Positions 18,376 to 28,730 of a stretch of DNA of 64,000 bases are shown here, piece after piece. Each line of letters begins with the position of its first letter. Position 1 is the first letter of the stretch. Below the pieces are notes generated by a model. It had not been told where the DNA came from. It searched no databases and saw only the letters and a list, made by a program, of their open reading frames with translations. Origin of the DNA: Alphaproteobacteria bacterium (lineage in GTDB: Bacteria; Pseudomonadota; Alphaproteobacteria; UBA828). Made by a program: the position numbers and the translations under genes. The stretch spans positions 1,632,001 to 1,696,000 of the forward strand of contig CBDCCI010000002.1 of assembly GCA_965214705.1 (NCBI GenBank), given 5' to 3'.

Positions 18376-20364
18376 CCGCATCCTGCATGTCTCGATCGGA
18401 CCGGTGCAGGGCTTCGTCGCCCAGGCGCGGCGCACGCGGGACTTGTGGGCCGGGTCGTTTCTGCTGTCGTGGCTGGCGGGGCAGCTGATGGCCGCGACGC
18501 TGCGCCAGGACGGTCGGATTCTCTTCCCAGTGGTCGGTACGGAACGAGAGCCGGAGGACCCGACGCTGGCCGCCATTCTCGGGCGGCCGCTGTCTGGCGA
18601 ACCGCCGCGTATCGGTAGCCTGCCCAACCGCTTCAAGGCGTCGGTCCCGGACGCGTTCGACCCCAAGGCAGTGGCAGACGAGACGCGGCAGAAGTGGCGC
18701 GAGTTGGCGGAGTGCGTATGGCAGCGTTTCGTCGCCGGCACGGCTGATCGCGGGCACGATACCCGCGTTATCTGGAACCGCCAGGTCGAGGGATTCTGGG
18801 ACATCCAGTGGGTGACGGGCGCCGACCCCGGCAACGGGAGTGACGCTGCTTGGCTCGACCGGCGCAAGAACTGGCGATCTCACTGGCCGCCCGAAGAAGG
18901 CGGCGACCACTGCACGACGATGGGCGAGCGGCAGGAACTGTCGGGTTTCGTCCGCGGCCGTGAGCGGCATGCCCAGGACGCTTTTTGGGGCGCATTGCGG
19001 CAGCGGACCGGGCGGCTCGATCTTCGCGACGGCGAGCGCCTCTGCGCGGTTGCGCTGGTCAAGCGCCTGTTCCCCAAGCTCGAACCGACGGAACTGGAGC
19101 GGACCGTCGGCTGGAGGATCAGTGCGGCGAACTGGCCCTCGACCGCCTATATGGCGGCGGTGCCCTGGCTCGCCCATGTCGCCGCTGCCCCCTGAGCGCC
19201 GTGCGAAACTTCAGGAATACGTTAAAGCTGTCCGCGACGCCGTAGGCCCGGCGATCTTCGGCAAGCTGAGCGGCGAGCGCGCCGCGCGGCTGCCCGGGCT
19301 TGCCCCGCTTGGCGCCGCCGCGGATCTGGACGGCAACCTGTTTCTCGAAGCCGCGCTGGCGAACCCGCGCGCGACACCATTGAGCGACGACGCACACCCG
19401 CCCGGCGAAGCCGATGCCAAAGACGACCCGGACGCGGCGCTTCGCGAGCGGTTGTCGAGTGCTTTGCACGAACTCAGCGAGACGGTCGGCGCCGCACAGC
19501 CGTTCTATGCATTGCTGCTGATGGACGGTGACCGACTCGGCAAGTTGTTGCGAAAGAACGGCGAAGAACGGGTTTCCGAGGCGTTGGCGGAATTTGTTCG
19601 CCGCGTCCCCGACATCGTTCACGATAACGACTGATGACGACCGTCTATGCTGGCGGCGACGATGTCTTGGCGATGCTGCCCGTCGATCGGGATCGAGCGA
19701 TCGCGGTGTGACCGTCTATGCTGGCGGCGACGATGTCTTGGCGATGCTGCCCGTCGATCAAGCGATCGATTGCGCGACTGCATTGCGCCGTGTCTACGGC
19801 AAAGTGTTTGCGAGTCGGGCTTTCAAGAAAGGCGACAAGGAGGGCGCATCCGCCACCGCGTCGTGCGCCATTGTCTTCGCGCATTATCGCAATCCGCTAC
19901 GCGAAGTACTGGCGCTGGCTCACAGGGAACTCGACGAGACGGCCAAGGAAAGAAACGGGCGCGACTCCCTCACGCTCGCCGTCGTGCTGCCCGGCGGCGT
20001 CAACCATCGTTGGGTCGCACGTTTCGGAGAGGCGCCGGAGGCGCTTGCGGCGCTCTGGCGGAAGCATTTTCCGGCGAGCTTCTTGTACAATTTGCGTCGA
20101 CGCTACGACGTCCTGATCGGCGATCTCGACCCGGGCGACCGACGCGCCGTCGTTCTGGCCGAATACGTCAAGGGCGCGCCACCGAAAACCGAGGACGGAC
20201 ATGCACGCGCCGAAGCCGCGGTGGACGGGCTGCTTGCCGCCTGCACCACGCTTCGCGGGGACGACGCGCCCGACGAGGGTGGGGCGTTCCGTCTCGATGG
20301 CGCATTCATCGCCCGCTTTCTGGCGGAAACCTGCGACTTCGAACGCGCGGCGACGCCATCATGA
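18368..20364 (+). pseudogene. cas10: Cas10/Cmr2 without HD domain, split into three frames
   Basis: IGPVQGFVAQARRTRDLWAGS, LLMDGDRLG, YAGGDD; +1 frameshift at the C-run near 19190 and a 73-bp insertion at 19632-19704. Confidence 0.9.
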
Positions 20365-21500
20365 CCTTTGTTTGTTTCGAGCCCGTGGATACGCTTTTCT
20401 TCCGTGACGGGCGGCCGTACGAACAGGGAGAGGCGAGCCAGGCGGGAGTCGTGAGCGGATTTCCGCCGTCGCCGCCGACCCTCGTCGGAGCGGTCCGCGC
20501 CGGCCTCGCTCGATCCATGGGTTGGAAGCGCGGCGGCTGGAGTGCCGACATATGCGCGCGGCTGGGAAACGGTGCCGACCTCGGCCCCCTCCGGTTCCGT
20601 GGGCCGATCCTGACCAGAAACGGCGAAAACCTGTTCCCCGCTCCGGCGCATCTGATGGGCGCGGCGCCGCGCGAAGAAGAGGACTTTCCGGGGTCGCTGA
20701 CCTTCCTGTCTCCCGGCCGCGGCTTGATCTGCGATCTCGGGCCCGACGCCCCGTTGCCGTCCGCCCCGGATGCCGCGGAAGGCGTCAAGCCGCTGCTTGA
20801 TCAGGGCTGGTGGATCACCGCGTCGGGACTTGCGGCGGTTCTGCGAGACGACCCTCCTGCCCCCGAAGATTTGGTTCACCGCCGTGAATTATGGAGGGAG
20901 GAGCCGAGGGTCGGCATCCGCCGCTCGAAAGGTACGCGCGTCATAGCCGAAGGTGCGCTGTATTCTCCGAGCCACATTCGCCTTGGACGCGGGATTGCGT
21001 TGACGATCGAAGCCCACGGGTTGCCGCCGGATCATGTCGGCGTCCTGTCCGGGCGGCCGCACCCCGTGGGAGGGGAAGCGCGCGCATGCTGGCTGCGCTT
21101 CGTCGAGGGGCGGCTGTCTTTTCCCGCACCGCCCGATCTGCGAGCCGCGCGGGGATCGCTTCTCTACGCCGCGACCATTCTGACACCCACCGATATGAAG
21201 GCACCGCCGCGCCCTGGGGAGCGCGGATATGCAGGGCTGCCCGGCCGCATCGTCAGCGCCTGTCTGCCTCGTCCGACCCTCGTCGGCGGCTGGGACTCGC
21301 AAGCGGGAAGACCGTTGCCGTTGCGTCCCTATCTTTCGCCCGGCAGCGTGCTGTTCCTGGAGGCCGAACGAGACGACGCATCCCGGGTCGAGGCCTTGCA
21401 CGGTGCCGCCATCGGCGCGCGCGCCGCCTGGGGCTTCGGGCTCGTCGCGGTCGGGCATTGGAAGCGCAGAAATGACCGAACCGGGGAGCCGCCGCAATGA
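20361..21500 (+). CDS. cmr3: Type III-B Cmr3
   Basis: FEPVDTLFFRDGRP, VGGEAR, GGWD, WGFG. Confidence 0.92.
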   Translation: MTFVCFEPVDTLFFRDGRPYEQGEASQAGVVSGFPPSPPTLVGAVRAGLARSMGWKRGGWSADICARLGNGADLGPLRFRGPILTRNGENLFPAPAHLMGAAPREEEDFPGSLTFLSPGRGLICDLGPDAPLPSAPDAAEGVKPLLDQGWWITASGLAAVLRDDPPAPEDLVHRRELWREEPRVGIRRSKGTRVIAEGALYSPSHIRLGRGIALTIEAHGLPPDHVGVLSGRPHPVGGEARACWLRFVEGRLSFPAPPDLRAARGSLLYAATILTPTDMKAPPRPGERGYAGLPGRIVSACLPRPTLVGGWDSQAGRPLPLRPYLSPGSVLFLEAERDDASRVEALHGAAIGARAAWGFGLVAVGHWKRRNDRTGEPPQ

Positions 21501-22339
21501 ACCATGCGCTGCTCGGCCTTCTGGCCGAAACCTTTGTCCATCCCGGCGCCGGCCAGAGCGGCGGCGCCATCGACCTGCCGGTCGCGCGCGAGGCGGCGAC
21601 CGATTATCCCTTCATCCCCGGTTCCGGCCTGAAGGGCGCGTTGCGCGATGCCGTGGGGCAGAACCTGGGGCCGGAAGAGCGGGATCGGGTGTTCGGCAAA
21701 CCCGACCGGGCCGGCGCCTTGCTGGTCTCCGACGCGCGGCTGCTCCTGCTTCCGGTCCGCAGTCTGACGGGCGCCTACCGCTGGGCGACGTGCCGCCATC
21801 TGCTGGAGCGGTTGGCGCGCGATCGACGCCGTGCCGACTTCGCAAACGCACCGGCAACTCCAGAAAGTCTGCCCGATGTCGAGCCATACTGCTATGTTGC
21901 CGCGTCGGTAGCGGAAGGCAGCGACAAGCTCTATCTGGAGGAACGCAGTTTCCGCGCCATGCCGTCGGCCGGCGCCGGTCTGAGCGGCTGGATCGACGTC
22001 ATCGCCGACCTGATTGCCGATCACGCTGCACGCGAGCGGCTGACCCGGCAACTGGTTCTGCTGTGCGACGACGATTTCTGCTGGTTCGCCCGCAACGGTC
22101 TCTCCGTCCAGGCGCGCAACGTGCTCGACGAGCACAAGAGAAGCGAAAACCTCTGGTATGAGGAGACCTTGCCGCCGGATACGTTGATGTACACGCTCCT
22201 CGCGGAACGGGAGTCCGAAGCCGGCGGTGTGGAGGCGGTCGGCGCGGCGTTCGCGCGCCGGCCCTACATCCAGGTCGGCGGCAACGAGACTGTCGGCCAA
22301 GGTTGGTTGCATACGGCTTGGCGGGAGACGGGCGGATGA
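21497..22339 (+). CDS. cmr4: Type III-B Cmr4
   Basis: HPGAG, IDLPVARE (catalytic Asp), PGSGLKGALR, LWYEETLP, QVGGNETVGQG. Confidence 0.95.
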   Translation: MNHALLGLLAETFVHPGAGQSGGAIDLPVAREAATDYPFIPGSGLKGALRDAVGQNLGPEERDRVFGKPDRAGALLVSDARLLLLPVRSLTGAYRWATCRHLLERLARDRRRADFANAPATPESLPDVEPYCYVAASVAEGSDKLYLEERSFRAMPSAGAGLSGWIDVIADLIADHAARERLTRQLVLLCDDDFCWFARNGLSVQARNVLDEHKRSENLWYEETLPPDTLMYTLLAERESEAGGVEAVGAAFARRPYIQVGGNETVGQGWLHTAWRETGG

Positions 22340-22755
22340 CCGCCCGCAGCCTCGACCAGCGCCGCGCCGCACACGCGTTGGGTCGGATCAGGAAACGGCA
22401 GGCTCACCCGAAACAGTCCGACTACTTGGCCTACGTCAAGGCGTTGCCGGCATCGATCCTGCAAAACGGGTTCGGGCAGGCGATGGCGACCCTGCGCGCG
22501 GCGGCGAAGTCGGAGGACCGCAGCGATCCGCATCTTCTTCTGTATCAGGATGTGCAGGACTGGCTGTGCGGCGGCGATGAGGATGCGCCCTATCGAAACG
22601 CGCGGGATCTGTTCGAAGCCATCGTCGGCAACGACCAACGAACTTATCTGCGCGCGCACGCCGAGGCGCAGAGCTATCTCGACTGGTTGAAGAAGTTTGC
22701 CGCCGCTTGGCTGAAGCCGTCTCCGAAACAGTCTTCGGAAGAAGGCGGCCAATGA
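22336..22755 (+). CDS. cmr5: Type III-B Cmr5
   Basis: LDQRRAAHA, LPASILQNGFGQA, WLKKFA. Confidence 0.92.
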   Translation: MTARSLDQRRAAHALGRIRKRQAHPKQSDYLAYVKALPASILQNGFGQAMATLRAAAKSEDRSDPHLLLYQDVQDWLCGGDEDAPYRNARDLFEAIVGNDQRTYLRAHAEAQSYLDWLKKFAAAWLKPSPKQSSEEGGQ

Positions 22756-23756
22756 ACAAGCGGCCGCTATACTACGGTGCCGATATACTTTCCCTGCCGG
22801 ACGGCGGCAATGCCGGGCTGTGGTACGACAAATTTTGCTGTTCCTGGACGAGCCTGTCTGCGCGCGACGCCGATTTCAACAAGGCGAAATGGGTCGGCGA
22901 CGCCACCGGACCGTGCGGAGATCCGGATGAACTCCAGCGCCGGGCCGAACGGCAGAGCGCTATGATCGAGCATCTGAACGGCCGGTGTCTCGACCTTCAG
23001 GCCACCGGTCCTTTCGTTGCCGGTCTCGGCCGCGCGCACCCGGTGAAGAACGGGTTTCTGTGGCATCACGGTCTCGGCGTTCCCTATCTGCCTGGCCCGT
23101 CGGTGAAGGGCGCGGTCAGTGCCTGGGCCAAGCGGTGGAAAGCGGAGGACGACGTGGTTTGCCGCCGTACTCTCGGGTCGGAAGGGCAGGTCGGCGACGT
23201 GATCTTCTTCGACGCCCTGCCGACAAGGCCGGTTGTGTTGAAGGCTGATGTCATAACCCCACACTATGGCGACTATGATCGGGAGGGCAAGCCGCCGGGG
23301 GATTGGATCTCGCCGGTTCCGATATCGTTCCTCTCGGTCGCTGCGAGAGCTATCTTCCGCTTCGCTGTTGCGCCGCGGGGGCAATCCGGCGAAGCGTCGT
23401 GCGATACGGTGTGCCGTTGGCTCGAAGACGCGCTGGAATGGCTGGGTGCAGGTGCTCGCACCGCGGTCGGTTACGGACGCTTCGACAAGGCTCGGCCGGC
23501 CCCTCCCCGCGAATTCGAAAAGGGAGACGAGGTCGAGGCGACCTTGTTCAAGGACGCCAAAGGTCGTTGGTGTGGGCGTACCGGAGACGGGCGGGAAGGA
23601 ACGGTGTTTTCCGCCGGTCCGGTACCGGACGACGCGGTCGACGGTGAGACGAGACCGCTTTATGTGCGCGTCGTTCGGCCCCTTCAATTCCAGTGGGAGA
23701 AGCCCGGACCGAAATCGCAGCCCCGGCAATCTCCGAGAAGATCACAGCGCCGTTGA
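22752..23756 (+). CDS. cmr6: Type III-B Cmr6 with C-terminal extension
   Basis: GVPYLPG.SVKG, FFDALP, DVITPHY, GAGARTAVGYG. Confidence 0.9.
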   Translation: MNKRPLYYGADILSLPDGGNAGLWYDKFCCSWTSLSARDADFNKAKWVGDATGPCGDPDELQRRAERQSAMIEHLNGRCLDLQATGPFVAGLGRAHPVKNGFLWHHGLGVPYLPGPSVKGAVSAWAKRWKAEDDVVCRRTLGSEGQVGDVIFFDALPTRPVVLKADVITPHYGDYDREGKPPGDWISPVPISFLSVAARAIFRFAVAPRGQSGEASCDTVCRWLEDALEWLGAGARTAVGYGRFDKARPAPPREFEKGDEVEATLFKDAKGRWCGRTGDGREGTVFSAGPVPDDAVDGETRPLYVRVVRPLQFQWEKPGPKSQPRQSPRRSQRR

Positions 23757-23772
23757 TGCATGAAGGCGCGCC

Positions 23773-25110
23773 ATGTCACAACCGCAGACCGCGCATAACC
23801 TGTTGATCGCGACTGTCGGCGGCAGGCCGGAACCTTTGGTCGCCTCGATCGCTCACTGGCGGCCCGACCGGGTTCTATTCGTGCCTTCGTGCGGTACCGT
23901 GGGTCAGATTGCCGATATTCGGAATCTGATGGGCAAGAAGGATTACGATTTGGCCGAAGGAGCATACGATACGGTCCCGCTATCGGACCCTCAGGACTTC
24001 TTGCAATGCGTGCGGGAGATGCGCGCCGAATTGGAGTCGCGTGTCCTCCAATGGCGCGGGCGCGGCGAGGGATATGATTGCATAGTGGATTTTACCGGCG
24101 GCACAAAATGCATGAGCGCCGCTCTCTCCCTGGTCGCGCGGCCGTGGCCGAACTCCCGATTCTCGTATGTCGGCGGCGTCGAACGCGACCGAAACAACAT
24201 GGGCGTCGTCGTCTCCGGCAGCGAGCAGGTCGTACACGCAGCTAATCCGTGGGACGCGCTCGGTTATCAGGCGGTCGAGGATGCCGTGGCGGCATTCGAC
24301 AGACACGCTATCGGCGAAGGCGCTCAACTGCTTCGGGACGCCTTGAAGCGGATTTCGGATAACGGATCCCGCAAGAGCGAGCTTAACGTTCTTGCCACAT
24401 TCATGGATGCTTACGATCTCTGGAGCCGGTCGGAGTACGGGAAGGCTTTCGAGAGGTTTGGGCAATGCGAAAGCCGCCTGAACGATCTGGCCGCAGCCCT
24501 CCACCCGACTCCGAAGAGTCGACTGAAAGATCACATCGATGAGGCAAGAACCCGCTTAGAAGGCCTGAAGCGAGGTTTCGACCATCCGACGCGAGCATTG
24601 CTCGAAGACCTGATCTCCGATGCCAAACGGCGTCAGCGGGAAGGCCGTCACGTAGATGCCGTGGCCCGGCTCTACCGCGCGGTCGAGGCGACGGCCCAAC
24701 TGCGCTTGTGGGAAAAGTACGAGATCCGCACTTCCAGCGTACCATTGAAAAAGCTGCCGCAACCCATGCGCGAACGCTTGAAAGCTCAAGCTGAAGACGG
24801 GACATTGAAGCTTGCACTGCAGGAGTCCTTCGAGTTGTTACGACGTTGGCAGGATCCCTTGGGTGAACGCTTCGTCGAACTGGGCTGGCATAGTCGTGGT
24901 TCGCCGCTGATCCGGCGCAACGAGTCGATCGCGGGGCACGGTTTTGCACCCGTATCGCCGGAAACATCCGTCCAACTGTGGGAAGGAGCGTTGTCGCTGG
25001 CGGAATTGGCCGATAAAGACGTCTTCCAGTTTCCACAGCTTGGTCGACAGCCCGACGCGGCGCTTCAACGAGGCCGGGGCGACAATGCCCCGGAATTTCG
25101 CGGGCGCTGA
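23773..25110 (+). CDS. CARF-HEPN ancillary nuclease, TIGR02710-like
   Basis: TVGGRPEP and VDFTGGTKCMS (CARF); DAVARLYRAVE and RNESIAGHG (HEPN-like). Confidence 0.85.
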   Translation: MSQPQTAHNLLIATVGGRPEPLVASIAHWRPDRVLFVPSCGTVGQIADIRNLMGKKDYDLAEGAYDTVPLSDPQDFLQCVREMRAELESRVLQWRGRGEGYDCIVDFTGGTKCMSAALSLVARPWPNSRFSYVGGVERDRNNMGVVVSGSEQVVHAANPWDALGYQAVEDAVAAFDRHAIGEGAQLLRDALKRISDNGSRKSELNVLATFMDAYDLWSRSEYGKAFERFGQCESRLNDLAAALHPTPKSRLKDHIDEARTRLEGLKRGFDHPTRALLEDLISDAKRRQREGRHVDAVARLYRAVEATAQLRLWEKYEIRTSSVPLKKLPQPMRERLKAQAEDGTLKLALQESFELLRRWQDPLGERFVELGWHSRGSPLIRRNESIAGHGFAPVSPETSVQLWEGALSLAELADKDVFQFPQLGRQPDAALQRGRGDNAPEFRGR

Positions 25111-26447
25111 TTCATTCCTGCGCTACTAGAGCCGGCTTCAATGAGGCCAGGGCGACAATGCCCCGGAATTCGTATTCCTCCAGAAGGCTTATCCCTCTGG
25201 CTCCGGTTCCCCAACATGTTGTACCGGCCACCTCGGCGGCGGTATCCGACACGGTCGCAGTTCCTTCCGTGTCTCAATGGGTTGCCCGTAAAGTGCCCAG
25301 CGATCCGGCACCCCACATATGGAGAAGCCGGATGTAAGGGGATAAGCCTTTCCTCCAGATCGTCGGAGCCGATGCTATCGACGCTTCAATGAGGCCGGGG
25401 CGACAAAGCCCCGGAATTCCTGATGCGGAGGAATTTCCAGGCATGGCTGATCGCGGCTTCAATGAGGCCGGGGCGACAAAGCCCCGGAATTCCTTCAAGG
25501 AAGCGCCCCCGTGCCTACAGGTATTGAGCGCTTCAATGAGGCCGGGGCGACAAAGCCCCGGAATTCGAACTGGTAGCGCAATACCTTAGGTGCATGAACC
25601 AGCTTCAATGAGGCCGGGGCGACAAAGCCCCGGAATTGGTTTGGCCTGAGTGGGTACGGCCCAGCACACTGGCGCTTCAATGAGGCCGGGGCGACAAAGC
25701 CCCGGAATTGGCCCTTGGGTGCTACGGGTACTGGTGGCTAGGCTACCGCTTCAATGAGGCCGGGGCGACAAAGCCCCGGAATTTTCGAGGTTGCGGCAGA
25801 GATGTGGCAGTTCGTGGAGGTGCTTCAATGAGGCCGGGGCGACAAAGCCCCGGAATTGAGCGGGGTTGGGTTGGGCTGGGCCGGCTTGGCGCGTTGCTTC
25901 AATGAGGCCGGGGCGACAAAGCCCCGGAATTCATCCAGGGGATATCTGAGGCGATCCAGTTTTTGATCCAGCTTCAATGAGGCCGGGGCGACAAAGCCCC
26001 GGAATTCGGCCCAGAGCCCGAGCTACTTCCTCGACCAGGCCCGGCTTCAATGAGGCCGGGGCGACAAAGCCCCGGAATTCACTGGGATGGTCAGAGCTCA
26101 GCGACATAGTATACGCGCGCTTCAATGAGGCCGGGGCGACAAAGCCCCGGAATTTAGACGCGCGTATTAATGTTCGGCGTCTGCTCGAACGCTTCAATGA
26201 GGCCGGGGCGACAAAGCCCCGGAATTCGAGATGGACCGTGCCTATCTCGATTGGATAGGCGACCAGCTTCAATGAGGCCGGGGCGACAAAGCCCCGGAAT
26301 TCCATTTTGGGACTATGCTGCGGCGGGCCGAGGAAAGTGGCTTCAATGAGGCCGGGGCGACAAAGCCCCGGAATTGGCCCGGTTAGATCGCCACAATCGG
26401 CGCGCTCGAGCGCTTCAATGAGGCCGGGGCGACAAAGCCCCGGAATT
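25062..26447 (-). CRISPR. CRISPR array: 17 repeats of 36 bp, 16 spacers, type I-G-like repeat
   Basis: Repeat on - strand is AATTCCGGGGCTTTGTCGCCCCGGCCTCATTGAAGC. Degenerate copies at 25062 and 25135 mark the trailer; spacers are about 36-39 bp. Confidence 0.98.
25184..25350. mobile_element. MITE-A (167 bp, IS1595/ISSod11-like ends) inserted in a spacer
   Basis: TIR AAGGCTTATCCC/GGGATAAGCCTT; 8-bp duplication TCCTCCAG; second copy at 35732-35898. Confidence 0.92.
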
Positions 26448-26692
26448 CGCCTACGTTGCAACCTCCTGAGGCTTGGACTGAAATTCGCACGATTTCGAGC
26501 GGCTCGCCGCCAGCCGCCTCGAGACTACGGTCAGGTCCCGACTCGATGCCTTCACGATGTCAAAGAGCCCAACGAAATCAGAATTCAACGCCGAATCGAG
26601 CGCTCCCCGGCGCACCCTTACTGCCGCACCGCTCGAAATCGCGCGGCGGCAGGTATAGCCCACCCTCGGCACTCTACAGCCGGCGGGCAACA
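26448..26692 (-). promoter_or_regulatory. CRISPR leader
   Basis: Non-coding stretch between the cas2 stop and the first perfect repeat. Confidence 0.7.
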
Positions 26693-26986
26693 TCATATCA
26701 CGACCGCCTCCCTCTCGATGACGCTGAAGGTCTTGCCGATGCTCTCGACCACGAGCGCGCTCCGGTCCGCTGGTCCGACATCGATCAGCAAGACGTGATC
26801 TTCCCCCGCCTTGACGAGCTCGCGAAGCTGCGTTTCCAGCTCAGCCCGCCGGCGCCGCGACAGGCGGCACTGGAAGACGGAGAGCTGAAGCCATTCGCCA
26901 AAGCCGTTCATGGTCTTGAAGACGCGACGCCAGCGCCGGGCATCGGCGATGTCGTAGGTGACAATGTAGGTCCTTTCGTCGCTCAA
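26693..26986 (-). CDS. cas2: Cas2
   Basis: YIVTYDIAD, GEWLQLSVFQC; TTG start. Confidence 0.93.
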   Translation of the reverse strand: MSDERTYIVTYDIADARRWRRVFKTMNGFGEWLQLSVFQCRLSRRRRAELETQLRELVKAGEDHVLLIDVGPADRSALVVESIGKTFSVIEREAVVI

Positions 26987-26994
26987 GGCGGGCC

Positions 26995-28671
26995 TCACCG
27001 GGGCAGATAGTGGGGGCATGACGGCAACTCCCCTAGCAGGTGCCGGCCGAGCAGCCTTGCCTGCAACACCAGCAAGCGGCGCATGCTGAGATGGTAACCG
27101 AACAGCGGGTGTGTCGTCTCCTGCGAGAGTCGCCGCTCGAAGGCGGCGACGAAGCGGCGGCGGCCGGCCGCGCTGAGAGCGGTGCCGGTGGTGCCGGAAA
27201 CGAAATCGGTCGCCGAGACCTCGCCGGTATTGACCGCCGTGAGCACCACCGAATCGGCGATTACCGGCCGGAACGGCTCCATCAGATCGAGAGCCAGCGC
27301 CGGCCTGCCGTGGCGCAGGGCGTGAAACAGGCCGCGGTAAGGATCGAGGCCGACCGAGGCGAGTGCGACGGTCACGTGCCGTGTCAGCATCGCATAGGCC
27401 AGCGACAGCATTGCGTTCACCGGGTCGGTGGGCGGGCGGCGGTTGCGCGCTTCGAAGCGGAACGGTGCCAGATCCTCGACCCTGTTCTTCTCCGCTACGG
27501 GCGGTACCAGTAGCCCGGCGAAGGCACGGAAGTAGGTCGCGGCGGCATCGCCCTCGTAGCCTAGCAGCGCCGCAAGTGAAGACGCGCGCATCGTCCCACG
27601 GCGCACCGCGTCGAGCCGGTCCAGCACCGGCTTTCGCTCTTCCTTCGTCCCCCGCCAGTTGCGGCGCAGGATTGTCCGCTGGTTCACGATCTTGGCGGCG
27701 ACGAGGTCGCGCGCAAAGCGCAGGCAGGCGGCTTCGTCGAAGCTCACCCGGTACTGCGCGGTGCGCACCTCCACGTTGCGGCTGCCGAGGCCCTGGGTCA
27801 CGCCGCGAAACCAGCCGCCGTGACTGTGGAAGGTGACCGGAATGTCGCGCTCCATCAGTGCTGTGAGCGCGGGCGTGGTAATGGCGACGTTGCCGAAGAG
27901 CGCCACGTCGGAGATCTCGATCAGGCGCACCGTGGTGTCGCCCTGCTCCTCGTCGGCGATCTTGAGCGTATTGCCCGTCTTGGTGATGCGCGCCCGCTGC
28001 GACTGGACAACCAGCGGCAGCGCCTCGTCGGCCGGTACGGCGATGGGGCGGGGCGCAAGGTCCGAGCCGCCGAGCGCGTTCACCTCGTCCGGCAGGCAGA
28101 CCGAGACCAGTGCGCAGCGCGGGCACTTCGGGCTGTCCCGCAGCGGCGGCGGGATGCGGCCGTGGGCGACCGTGAGGCGCAACCGGCTCACCGCGTCGCG
28201 CGTCGCCTGCCGCAGCTCGTCGTCGAGAGCGACGCGCACCCGCTCACGGCTCTCGGCGTACCAGATCGCGCCTTCCTCTACGCGGTAGCCGTGCTCCTCC
28301 AGCAGTAGCGCCTGGAGGCAGACCTGGACGCGCTCCGGCTCGTAGGCGCCGCGCGCGACGTGGGGGCGCTTGCCGCGTTTGTAGTCGACCGGCGTCACCG
28401 CGCCGTCCTCGGCCTCGGCGACGTCGATCTTTGCGATCACGCCGAGCCGCTCCGATGAGAGGGTGAGCGCGCGGCTGGTGATCTTCTCCGGCGCGTCGTC
28501 CAACGCTTCGGGCGCAGGCAGAGGCGCGCCGGCACGGTCGACCCGGGCGTGGACGCGGCGCCCCTCCACCGTATCGCCGGTCTCCGCCCATTCCGCCTGC
28601 GCCCACATGAGATAGGAGAGGCGCGGGCAGTAGACGAACTCGTTCACCATCCGCGCCGGCACCAGCGGCAC
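26995..28671 (-). CDS. cas1: Cas4-Cas1 fusion
   Basis: Cas4: [20 protein letters not shown]. Cas1: [26 protein letters not shown]. Start may be a CTG near 28725. Confidence 0.95.
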   Translation of the reverse strand: MPLVPARMVNEFVYCPRLSYLMWAQAEWAETGDTVEGRRVHARVDRAGAPLPAPEALDDAPEKITSRALTLSSERLGVIAKIDVAEAEDGAVTPVDYKRGKRPHVARGAYEPERVQVCLQALLLEEHGYRVEEGAIWYAESRERVRVALDDELRQATRDAVSRLRLTVAHGRIPPPLRDSPKCPRCALVSVCLPDEVNALGGSDLAPRPIAVPADEALPLVVQSQRARITKTGNTLKIADEEQGDTTVRLIEISDVALFGNVAITTPALTALMERDIPVTFHSHGGWFRGVTQGLGSRNVEVRTAQYRVSFDEAACLRFARDLVAAKIVNQRTILRRNWRGTKEERKPVLDRLDAVRRGTMRASSLAALLGYEGDAAATYFRAFAGLLVPPVAEKNRVEDLAPFRFEARNRRPPTDPVNAMLSLAYAMLTRHVTVALASVGLDPYRGLFHALRHGRPALALDLMEPFRPVIADSVVLTAVNTGEVSATDFVSGTTGTALSAAGRRRFVAAFERRLSQETTHPLFGYHLSMRRLLVLQARLLGRHLLGELPSCPHYLPR

Positions 28672-28730
28672 GTCGCCAGTGGCCGGCGGCGCGGGGAGCG
28701 AGAGCTCGAGCTGGGTGTGAGTCAGTGCAC

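Noticed and set aside
19647-20360. Apparent N-terminal extension of Cmr3 (617-aa ORF)
   Set aside because: Alternative frame over cas10; the Cmr3 motif starts at ATG 20361.
25062-26447. Self-targeting spacers within the window
   Set aside because: None noticed by eye apart from the MITE; an alignment is needed to exclude them.
25141-26798. ORFs with repeated MRPGRQSPG / FNEAGATKPRN peptides
   Set aside because: Translations of CRISPR repeats.
26693-28126. 477-aa ORF suggesting a Cas2 fusion
   Set aside because: The upstream part overlaps cas1 out of frame; Cas2 starts near 26986.
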